Shown: in pieces, positions 23,803 to 31,582 of the stretch
How positions within the stretch are numbered: position 1 is the first letter of the stretch
Layout: each line of letters opens with the position of its first letter
NCBI GenBank assembly: GCA_963551125.1
Contig: CAUVFG010000001.1
Span: forward strand, 1 to 45,554
DNA length: 45,554 nucleotides
Source of the DNA: an uncultured Selenomonas sp.
GTDB taxonomy: Bacteria > Bacillota > Negativicutes > Selenomonadales > Selenomonadaceae
Direction of reading: 5' to 3'
Notes under the pieces: model-generated
Databases searched by the model: none
Told to the model about the DNA's origin: nothing
What the model saw: only the letters and a program-made list of their open reading frames with translations
Position numbers and translations under genes: made by a program

Positions 23803-24582
23803 TTGAACTACTGGAATCTTTACGATGAGATCATCGATGGACTGCCGCAGGACATCCATATCGACGATTATGCCGTCGGACGCCCGTGGACGTACGTACG
23901 CGCAGGTGATCTGGTCGGTATCTGCATGACAATCCCTGCATACAGCCGCCCGCGTCTGCGCAAGGAGAGCTTTCTCGGCTGCTCCCTGCGCGAGGCGGGG
24001 GAGTACGTGCGCTCGTGGCAGGGACAGGAGGCCTCCATCGCAACGGCAGCCATCAACGCCTACTACAATCAGCCGTCCAAGGTGGAGGCGATGCAGGGCT
24101 TTCACGGTGAGGATGCGTCTGCCGAGACGCTGGATGAGCGCAAGAAGCTGGAAGCATTCACCATGTATACAGAGCGAATTCGTGGCAGGAAGGTCGCTGT
24201 CGTCGGGCACTTTCCAAACTTCCAAAAGAACTGGGAGCCGATATGCGACCTCTCCATCCTTGAGATGCAGCCCGAGTGGGGGGACTACCCGGCGGAGGCG
24301 GCAGAGTTTCTCCTGCCGCAGCAGGACTTTGTCTTTATGACGGGGGCGACGTTTGCCAATAAAACCATGCCGCGCCTTTTGGAACTCTCAAAGAATGCCG
24401 TGACCGTCCTCGTCGGTCCCTCCGTGCCCATGCACCCATGCCTATTTAGCTACGGCGCAGATGGTCTCTCGGGATTTACCGCCACCGATGCCGCACGTGC
24501 CGCCGATCTCGTCCACTATGGATATGGAACGGACATTGCGAGCTGCGGCAAGATGGCGGATGTCCTTCCGTATACCGGTTGA
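23803..24582 (+). CDS. DUF364-family Rossmann-like protein (with DUF4213-like N-terminus)
   Basis: SW...EASIATAAINAYYN, KVAVVGHFP, ILE..P..GDYP..AAEFLLP..D.VFMTGATFANKTMPRLLELS, VGPSVP are characteristic of DUF364. TTG start after GAGGAGG. Confidence 0.82.
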   Translation: MNYWNLYDEIIDGLPQDIHIDDYAVGRPWTYVRAGDLVGICMTIPAYSRPRLRKESFLGCSLREAGEYVRSWQGQEASIATAAINAYYNQPSKVEAMQGFHGEDASAETLDERKKLEAFTMYTERIRGRKVAVVGHFPNFQKNWEPICDLSILEMQPEWGDYPAEAAEFLLPQQDFVFMTGATFANKTMPRLLELSKNAVTVLVGPSVPMHPCLFSYGADGLSGFTATDAARAADLVHYGYGTDIASCGKMADVLPYTG

Positions 24583-24592
24583 ATAACATAAT

Positions 24593-24638
24593 AGAGTTGC
24601 CGTACATTGAGATAACATACGGCAACTCTGTTTTATTT
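24593..24638. terminator. Bidirectional intrinsic terminator between DUF364 and the TonB-dependent receptor
   Basis: Perfect 12-bp inverted repeat AGAGTTGCCGTA...TACGGCAACTCT followed by GTTTTATTT. Confidence 0.8.
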
Positions 24639-24645
24639 GTGTTGA

Positions 24646-26661
24646 TTAGAACGTCATATCCACGCCGAGGAGGAAGTTCGTGCTATCGGCAGGACTGCCC
24701 CAGCTATACTGGTAGTCCGTATCAAACAAATTGTTGACGCGCAGGAAGAGGCCAAGATCCGTCTGCGGCTCATAGTGCAGATCAAGATCTGCCGCAAAAT
24801 AGCCGGCACTGGTCGGCTCTTCGTTGCTGTCCAATCGTGCGCGCATAGCACGTCCAAGCAGTGTGGAACGCAACTTACCCTCACGGTAGGTAACGCCAAG
24901 ATTAAACATCTGCGTGGGAAGACCGGAGGCAATCGTTGTCATACCGGTGCTCTCGTCTTTCGCATTGATCCATGTATAATTAGCAAAGCCGGAAAGCTTT
25001 GGACTAAACGTTTGTCGATAGGAAAGTTCCAAGCCGCGAATATGCGTCTTATCGACATTTTCTAAAACGCGGTCACGTCCAAATCTTACCATTGTAATGC
25101 GATCCCTTACCTCGGTGCGGAAGTGGGTAAGGTCAAACTCGGCCTTTGTGCCAAATTTATGCTTCCACCCAAGCTCATAGCTGCTATTGCGTTCCGGCTT
25201 TGGGACGGGATAGCCGCTCCGAATATTTCCTGCCGCATCTTTTGATCCAACGAACACATGAGAACGTCCTGCTGAAAGACGAATTGTATCATGCTTTGTT
25301 ATATCATGTGTAAAATTCAGAACAGGATCAAACGCATTGGATTTTGAGGTTGTTTTCTGTGTTGCTGCGTCATTATCACGGAAATCCTGCGTCACGTCTT
25401 CACGGCGGATTCCAATGGTGAGCCGGGTTCTATTGTCGGGGCTCCATGCATTCTCAACATAGAAGCTCCTGCGTGCATCATTTCCATCACGACGATAGGA
25501 AGAGTTGTTTTCATCCGTGTTCCAACTGAGTTTTATATACTTTGCCCCAAAACTCAATACATTTTTGCTGTCATAAGCAACTGATGCATTTGCTTCGATA
25601 CCATTGCCTTGTGAGAACCAACCGCTGCGATACCACTGCGGTGCTCCATAGGTAAAGAAGGGGAGACTGCCGCCCTCTTCCTTCAGCAGATTTCTGATCC
25701 AGAGATTGTTTTCATCGATCATATGGTAATATTTGACATTATATAACCATAGATCATTGGGGCGACTCTCGTATTGAAGGGCAATGTTGGATTGCTTGAA
25801 GCCCTTAAAACGCCAATCGGTTGCAGCATGTCCTACTAAATTTTTCTTAGTGATTCCATCTCCCGGCCGCACAGACCATCTTGGTCCACTTGGAGCTTCA
25901 TAGTGTCCGGTTATCGGATCAACAGATCTTGGAATCTCTCTGTCCATATCGGAGTAATAGCCGTTCAGAGTCAGCGAGGACTTGCTGCTCGTTTTAAACT
26001 TTATTTTACCGTCAAAGTATATTTTTTTGTCCATCTGGTTTTCCAGATAACCTGCTGAATAGCGTTTTGAGAGATTGACTGCATAACTGACGTTCTTGTC
26101 GCTGCCGCTGTAGCCGATCTTTGTGTCATATGTGTGATTCGAGCCACCTGCAACGCTCATGCGGATCTTGCCTGTTCCCTCGCCATCCTTCGTTGTAACG
26201 AGAATGACGCCGCCCTTATAATCCGTGCCATACTGGACAGGACCTGACCCCTTGATGATCTCGACCTTCGCGATGCTGTCCGCCGGGATTGTCGAAAGAT
26301 CAGATGCTGCATTTGACACAATCCCTGTAAGGGGGAAGGCAGGAATACCATCAATATAGACCTTTGTTTGATCGGAACTTGCACCACGAACGCGTACCAT
26401 CTTGCTGTCTTTTGCTGCGGGCGCCATGTAGAGCCCCGGTACCTGAGAGAGGATGTCCGCGAGGTCGCGGTAGCCGCGCTCCGCAATCTCCTCTGCCGTG
26501 ATCGTGTTCGTCGTCACAAGGTACTTGTCGACGCCCTCTGCCTCAACTGTGACCGTGTCAGTCTCATAAGCCGTGTCTGCGGCATATGCCTGCGGCAGGA
26601 ATACAAGTCCTGACACAACGGCTGCCATGAGGGCGGTCTGATACTTCCGCGTTCGCTTCAT
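24646..26661 (-). CDS. TonB-dependent outer-membrane receptor
   Basis: Sec signal ending PQAYA, TonB box ETDTVTVEA, plug motifs (L..VPG, VRG, YIDG, I..VEIIKG....YG...GGVI), LRVNNLFD, and a terminal Phe (GVDMTF). AGGAGAGG RBS. Confidence 0.92.
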   Translation of the reverse strand: MKRTRKYQTALMAAVVSGLVFLPQAYAADTAYETDTVTVEAEGVDKYLVTTNTITAEEIAERGYRDLADILSQVPGLYMAPAAKDSKMVRVRGASSDQTKVYIDGIPAFPLTGIVSNAASDLSTIPADSIAKVEIIKGSGPVQYGTDYKGGVILVTTKDGEGTGKIRMSVAGGSNHTYDTKIGYSGSDKNVSYAVNLSKRYSAGYLENQMDKKIYFDGKIKFKTSSKSSLTLNGYYSDMDREIPRSVDPITGHYEAPSGPRWSVRPGDGITKKNLVGHAATDWRFKGFKQSNIALQYESRPNDLWLYNVKYYHMIDENNLWIRNLLKEEGGSLPFFTYGAPQWYRSGWFSQGNGIEANASVAYDSKNVLSFGAKYIKLSWNTDENNSSYRRDGNDARRSFYVENAWSPDNRTRLTIGIRREDVTQDFRDNDAATQKTTSKSNAFDPVLNFTHDITKHDTIRLSAGRSHVFVGSKDAAGNIRSGYPVPKPERNSSYELGWKHKFGTKAEFDLTHFRTEVRDRITMVRFGRDRVLENVDKTHIRGLELSYRQTFSPKLSGFANYTWINAKDESTGMTTIASGLPTQMFNLGVTYREGKLRSTLLGRAMRARLDSNEEPTSAGYFAADLDLHYEPQTDLGLFLRVNNLFDTDYQYSWGSPADSTNFLLGVDMTF

Positions 26662-26692
26662 GAATACCTCTCCTTTTCAGCTCTCCTCATAC

Positions 26693-26734
26693 AAAAAAAG
26701 ACTATTTCCCGTACGAATCGCACGACAAACAGTC
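26693..26734 (-). terminator. Leader (riboswitch expression-platform) terminator upstream of the receptor
   Basis: Minus strand GACTGTTTGTCGTGCG-ATT-CGTACGGGAAATAGTC followed by TTTTTTT, about 30 nt before the start codon. Confidence 0.8.
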
Positions 26735-26766
26735 CCTGCAAAAAATCTTATGGCAGTCCGTTCCTG

Positions 26767-26898
26767 TCGTTTTCCTTTTCAATACGGGAAGGCTGTCGCA
26801 TTTCTTTGACAACCCTGTGAGCAGAAGCACTCAAATGAACGCTTGCTCAGGCGAAATATCATAGGCTTTGCCCTTAGATATTGTTGCTCGGAAAACAA
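26767..26898 (-). ncRNA. Moco (molybdenum cofactor) riboswitch aptamer, P3-containing form
   Basis: Minus strand. P1 TTGTTTTCC/GGAAAACGA, then CCGAG. P2 AATATC-TAAG-GGC AAA GCC-TAT-GATATT carries the CUAAG/UAUG tetraloop receptor. P3 TGAGCA...TGCTCA. P4 GGGTTGTC-AAAGAAATGC-GACAGCCT carries GAAA. The 3' signature TCCCGTATTGAAAAGGA matches the remembered moaA-leader consensus CCCGUAUUUGGAAAGG. Confidence 0.85.
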
Positions 26899-26918
26899 GT
26901 TTATTTAATTGCGGATTA

Positions 26919-26948
26919 ATTCTATCAAATAGGACGATATAATGTCAA
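26919..26948 (-). promoter_or_regulatory. Promoter driving the riboswitch-receptor transcript
   Basis: Minus strand TTGACA (26948-26943), 18-nt spacer, TG-A-TAGAAT (26924-26919), about 20 nt upstream of P1. Confidence 0.75.
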
Positions 26949-27068
26949 TCTTTTTTCTAACAGAACCGTGATGTTTCGCATATGATAGGAGAAATGATGA
27001 TGGAATGCAGGAATCGTTTTCTTTTTATCGAATTATTTCTATAAAAATAATTGAAAGGAAGAAATCAA

Positions 27069-27416
27069 ATGGCAGACTGTATCTTTTGCAAGATTGCACA
27101 AGGGGAGATTCCATCGACGAAGGTCTATGAGGATGATCAAGTGCTCGCGTTTCGTGACCTTGACCCGCAGGCGCCGGAGCACGTTCTTGTCATTCCGAAG
27201 AAGCATATTGCGAGCGTTCTGGAGTTCACGGAAGAGGATCGGGAACTGGCAGCGCATATTCTGACTGTCGTCGTTCCAAAGATCGCGCGAGAGCTCGGCG
27301 TTGATACAGGTGGATTCCGCCTTGTCACGAACACGGGCGCGGACGGCGGACAGACGGTCGGACATCTTCATTTCCATCTCCTCGGCGGACGTTCGCTCAC
27401 ATGGCCGCCGGGCTAA
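27069..27416 (+). CDS. Histidine triad (HIT/HinT) nucleotide-binding protein
   Basis: DCIFCKI, AFRDLDPQAPEHVLVIPKKH, GQTVGHLHFHLLGGR..WPPG. ATG 27069 after AAAGGAA. Confidence 0.93.
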   Translation: MADCIFCKIAQGEIPSTKVYEDDQVLAFRDLDPQAPEHVLVIPKKHIASVLEFTEEDRELAAHILTVVVPKIARELGVDTGGFRLVTNTGADGGQTVGHLHFHLLGGRSLTWPPG

Positions 27417-27574
27417 AAAACAAGATTACACCTCATTAAGGCAGTGTTATTCACGAAATACAGAAAAGCATGCTGCCCCCTTGTATTTCAACATTCCGAC
27501 GCGTGCAATCTGTGATTTGTCTACAGTTTGTCTGGCGAATTGTCAAGTCAAGTGCAACTTTTTCTTATTAACTA

Positions 27575-27687
27575 TTGACAAAGAGACCGCAACGAAATAT
27601 ATTGTGCGCTGAATCTTACAAAGTCTTCCATCTTTTCACAAAACAAATCTTTTTTCAGTTGTCAAACGGAGCCTGTTGCCCTATAAT
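27575..27687 (+). promoter_or_regulatory. Two tandem sigma70-type promoters upstream of the small Cys-motif protein
   Basis: TTGACA-17-TATATT (27575-27603) and TTGTCA-17-TATAAT (27659-27687). Confidence 0.6.
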
Positions 27688-27732
27688 ATCCAATAGATTA
27701 TTTCATGATAGAAAATAGGGGAGGTTTGTTGT

Positions 27733-28089
27733 ATGGCATTGGATCGGAGCGGTGTGCTCGGCGAGGTGCGCAAGATTGTCGCGGCGCCGATGACTTACGA
27801 GGGCTTGAAGGAAAAGGCAAATGCCTTTCTCAGTGCGGTGGATACGGCAGCAGAAAAATCCTCGTTTCACGTTCTGCTCGAGGAGATCAAGAGCGATATG
27901 CTGACGATCGACCAGCTCATCAGCTTCGTGGATTCGCCCGAGGGCGTCGCCGTCTTTGGAGAGAAGAAGGCGAACGATCTTACGATTGCGGCAAAGAAGG
28001 CAAAGGAGCAGGGCGAAACAACCTGCATCTGCCCCGCATGCCAGGCGTGTAAGGCAGTCCTCGAGAATCAGGCGGTGATCGCGCCATAA
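27733..28089 (+). CDS. Small helical protein of unknown function with C-terminal CxCxxCxxC motif
   Basis: 118 aa, GGGGAGG RBS, its own promoters and terminator, CICPACQAC. Confidence 0.8.
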   Translation: MALDRSGVLGEVRKIVAAPMTYEGLKEKANAFLSAVDTAAEKSSFHVLLEEIKSDMLTIDQLISFVDSPEGVAVFGEKKANDLTIAAKKAKEQGETTCICPACQACKAVLENQAVIAP

Positions 28090-28108
28090 CAATGGGACAA
28101 AGGAAAGG

Positions 28109-28144
28109 AGCTGTTACACGGATGTTTCGTGTAACGGCTTTTTT
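28109..28144 (+). terminator. Intrinsic terminator
   Basis: AGCTGTTACACG-GATGTTT-CGTGTAACGGCT followed by a T tract. Confidence 0.8.
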
Positions 28145-28161
28145 GGTGAGAAGGTGAACAT

Positions 28162-30576
28162 ATGACCGTGGCTGATGTGTATATCAACATTCCGGTCAAG
28201 AGCATTGCGCAGGAGTTCACCTATGTTTTGCCGGAGTCGCTCGCGCAGGTTGCTGTGGGCTGGCGCGTCTTCGTTCCGTTCGGCAATGTACGCAGGGAGG
28301 GGGTCGTCACCTGTGTGCGTCCGCATGATCCCACACGCGACGGGGGGCATGCGCTGAAGGAAATCATCGAGGCGGTGGATGAGGAGGCGTGGTTCTCGCC
28401 GCAGCTCCTCGCTGCAGCGCAGGAACTCGCCGCGTTCTACCTCTGCTCAGCAGCGGAGATCATGCGTCTCTTCATGCCGGGCAAGAGCGGTCTGCGCATC
28501 TTCCCCGTCTATCGTGCAGCGGAGGATGCGGACGAGGCGCATCCACTACTCGCCGATTGCAACGCGAACGCCGTCTATCGCTATCTCTCTGAGAACGGTA
28601 TGCGGCGTATGGCGGAGCTGCGGCGGGCGCTGCCGGAGACGGCGGTGGATGAGTGCATAGAAAAGCTGCTGCGCTATCATCTCGTATGCAGGGAGTATCA
28701 TGCGGATAAGCGTGACAAGGCGCTCTATGAAAAGTACTATACAGCTGCTGCAATCACGGACGAGGAGCTTGCTGGTCTTACCCGAAAGCCTGCACAGGCA
28801 AGGGCACTTCTGCTCTTTCGGGGGCGGGAAGAATATACGCGTGCGGAACTTGATGAGAAGGGCGTCTCGTCCGCTGCAATCAAACATCTTGTTGTGGCAG
28901 GTCTCCTCACGGAGCATCTGCGGCGCAGGCTGCGCAATCCCTACGGAACAGGGAGGGGCGCTGCGCAGATAGACGAGCTGACGGAGGCGCAGCGCGCAGC
29001 TGTCACGGCGCTGCAAGAAGGCATCGATGGCGGCAGCTATCGGGGCTTCCTGCTCCACGGCGTAACGGGCAGCGGCAAGACGCGTGTCTACATCGAGACG
29101 ACACGTACCGTACGCGCACGCGGTCGGCAGGTCGTCGTGCTCGTGCCCGAGATTGCGCTCACGGGGCAGCTCATCACGGCGTTTCAGGAGGTCTTTGCAG
29201 ATGATATTGTCGTCCTGCACAGTCAGCTCTCGCTCGCGGAGCGCAACGATGCGATCTTCCGTGTGCGGCGCGGTGATGCGGGCATCATCATCGGCGCACG
29301 CTCGGCGCTCTTCACGCCCGCCAATGACGTCGGCGCAATCATCCTCGATGAGGAACAGGATATGTCCTACAAGCAGGATGAGTCACCGCGCTATCACGCG
29401 CGTGTGGTTGCAGAGATCCTTGCACGGCGGCATGGGGCGATTCTCGTGCTCGGCAGTGCAACGCCGTCTCTTGAGTCCTATGCGCGTGCGCAGGCGGGGG
29501 TGCTGACCCTTCTCACGATGCCGGAGCGCATCGGCAGCCAGCCGCTGCCGCAGGTGCGCGCGGTCGATATGCGGGAGGAGCTGCGGCGCGGGCGGCGTAC
29601 GATCATTTCGCTCGCCTTGCGTGAACTCTTGACGGAGACGCTCGCGCGCCATGAGCAGGCGATCATCATGCTGAATCGGCGCGGTTACTCGACCTTCATC
29701 ATGTGCCGCTCCTGCGGGGCGGTCATCACCTGTAAAGACTGCGGGCTGCCGCTTGTCTACCATGCAAACGGCGCACTCGTCTGCCATCATTGCGACCTGC
29801 GCGCCGCCGTGCCCGAGACCTGTCCGAAATGTGGCAGCCGCTACATCAAATACTTCGGCTCGGGGACGGAAAAGCTCGAGGAGGAGCTGGGACAGCTGCT
29901 CCCGACGGCGCGCCTTGTGCGTATGGATCGCGATACGACGGGGCGCAAGCACGCGCACACGGAGATCCTATCGCGGTTCCGTCGGCGCGACTTCGACATC
30001 CTCCTCGGCACACAGATGGTCGCAAAGGGACATGATTTGCCCGGTGTGCAGTCCGTCGGCATCATCAGTGCCGATGCGAGCCTGAATCTGCCGGATTTCC
30101 GCGCGGCGGAGCGCTGCTTCATGCTCATCACGCAGACGGCAGGACGCGCGGGGCGGCACGGTGCGCGCGGTGAGGTTATCGTGCAGACGTACAACCCTGA
30201 GCACTATGCCGTACGCGCAGCGCTGCGGCAGGACTACGGGGCGCTCTACGCCCGCGAGATCGAACTGCGCCGCGAACTCTTCTATCCGCCGTTCAGCCGT
30301 CTCGTGAAGCTCCTCTTCCACAATGTGAGCCGTGAACGCGCATGGGGGGAGGCGAATGCCTTTGTGACGGCCTTTCGATCGGCGTTTGCAGCGGAGCAGG
30401 GCTGTATGGCGATCGGGCCATCCCCCGCACTGATCGAGCGAGAGCGTGGAAGATACCGCTTTGTCGTCCTCATCAAGACGGCTGCGCTCGCGGATGTGCA
30501 GGAATATTTGCGCGCACATGATATTCATCTGCGCGATGATATTGCGATTGATATCGACCCTATCGTGATTTTTTGA
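28162..30576 (+). CDS. priA: Primosomal protein N' (replication-restart helicase)
   Basis: GVTGSGKT.VY, VLVPEIALT, GARSALF, DEEQD.SYKQ, SATPSLES, NRRGYS, four CxxC pairs, GTQMVAKG, AGRAGR, YPPF, IDIDP. Confidence 0.96.
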   Translation: MTVADVYINIPVKSIAQEFTYVLPESLAQVAVGWRVFVPFGNVRREGVVTCVRPHDPTRDGGHALKEIIEAVDEEAWFSPQLLAAAQELAAFYLCSAAEIMRLFMPGKSGLRIFPVYRAAEDADEAHPLLADCNANAVYRYLSENGMRRMAELRRALPETAVDECIEKLLRYHLVCREYHADKRDKALYEKYYTAAAITDEELAGLTRKPAQARALLLFRGREEYTRAELDEKGVSSAAIKHLVVAGLLTEHLRRRLRNPYGTGRGAAQIDELTEAQRAAVTALQEGIDGGSYRGFLLHGVTGSGKTRVYIETTRTVRARGRQVVVLVPEIALTGQLITAFQEVFADDIVVLHSQLSLAERNDAIFRVRRGDAGIIIGARSALFTPANDVGAIILDEEQDMSYKQDESPRYHARVVAEILARRHGAILVLGSATPSLESYARAQAGVLTLLTMPERIGSQPLPQVRAVDMREELRRGRRTIISLALRELLTETLARHEQAIIMLNRRGYSTFIMCRSCGAVITCKDCGLPLVYHANGALVCHHCDLRAAVPETCPKCGSRYIKYFGSGTEKLEEELGQLLPTARLVRMDRDTTGRKHAHTEILSRFRRRDFDILLGTQMVAKGHDLPGVQSVGIISADASLNLPDFRAAERCFMLITQTAGRAGRHGARGEVIVQTYNPEHYAVRAALRQDYGALYAREIELRRELFYPPFSRLVKLLFHNVSRERAWGEANAFVTAFRSAFAAEQGCMAIGPSPALIERERGRYRFVVLIKTAALADVQEYLRAHDIHLRDDIAIDIDPIVIF

Positions 30577-30595
30577 GAAATAATAGAAAAAACCA

Positions 30596-30624
30596 TTGAA
30601 TATAATTGGAAATCCTGTTAATCT
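30596..30624 (+). promoter_or_regulatory. Putative ispE operon promoter
   Basis: TTGAAT, 17-nt spacer, TG-T-TAATCT. Confidence 0.45.
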
Positions 30625-30701
30625 GAAAACATAAGGAAGACGGATGAAATGCGAAGCGGCACGAATCTTTTTTCCTTGGAGCAATGGAGGAATGACTTCC
30701 T

Positions 30702-31565
30702 ATGGTGATGATTCTCGGGCGGGCGAAGATCAATCTGACGCTCGACATTCTGGGACTCAGGGAGGATGGGTATCACGAGATTGCGACCGTGATGCAGTCC
30801 CTCGCCCTCGCAGACACGCTTACGCTCACGCAGCAGGAGGAGGGAATTACGCTGCGCGTCGATCTGCCCGGGCTTGAGGCGGATGAGCGCAACCTCGCTC
30901 ACCGTGCGGCGGCACTTATCATGAACGAGTACGGCGTGCGCGGCGGTGTCCACATCGACATTGTGAAACGCATTCCCGTTGCGGCGGGGCTTGCAGGCGG
31001 CAGCGCCGATGCGGCGGCGACACTGCGCGGGATGAACGAACTCTATGGGCTCGGCCGCTCGGATGAGGAGCTTTGCAGACTTGGCGCCAAACTTGGCTCC
31101 GACATTCCCTTTTCCATCGTGGGCGGTACTGTCCTTGCGACGGGGCGCGGTGAGATCATGCAGCGTCTCGCGGATTTCCCTGCCACTCATGTCGTGCTTG
31201 CAAAGCCGCCCGTTGCTGTTTCAACGCCGTGGGCATACCGCGGCTATGACGCGCATCCGCCCGAATTCCACCCAGATAATGCGGCGTTTCTGGAGGCGCT
31301 CGCATGCGGCGACCGCGTACGCTGCGCAGAGCTGATCTGCAATGTGCTGGAGCCCGTGACGGAGGCGGCACATTCCGTGATCGGCGACTATCGCACGCGT
31401 ATGCTGGCACACGGTGCGCTCTGCGCAATGATGTCGGGCAGCGGTCCGACGGTGTTCGGCCTCTTCGCGGAGGAGCAGGCGGCGCGCGCGGCGGCGGAGG
31501 ACTTCCGCAGCGAAACGGACGCTGTGGTGCATTTGACACAGACAGCAGGCAGGTACGGGGAATAG
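30702..31565 (+). CDS. ispE: 4-diphosphocytidyl-2-C-methyl-D-erythritol kinase
   Basis: AKINLTLDI..LREDGYHE, KRIPVAAGLAGGSADAA, GSDIPF, ATGRGE, MSGSGPTVF. Confidence 0.95.
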   Translation: MVMILGRAKINLTLDILGLREDGYHEIATVMQSLALADTLTLTQQEEGITLRVDLPGLEADERNLAHRAAALIMNEYGVRGGVHIDIVKRIPVAAGLAGGSADAAATLRGMNELYGLGRSDEELCRLGAKLGSDIPFSIVGGTVLATGRGEIMQRLADFPATHVVLAKPPVAVSTPWAYRGYDAHPPEFHPDNAAFLEALACGDRVRCAELICNVLEPVTEAAHSVIGDYRTRMLAHGALCAMMSGSGPTVFGLFAEEQAARAAAEDFRSETDAVVHLTQTAGRYGE

Positions 31566-31582
31566 AGAACCGGAGGGATAAT

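Noticed and set aside
26693..26900. Cobalamin riboswitch / btuB interpretation of the receptor leader
   Set aside because: No GGGAA...CCCCCGC...GCCACTG...AGYCAG B12-box pattern is present; the elements match the Moco motif instead.
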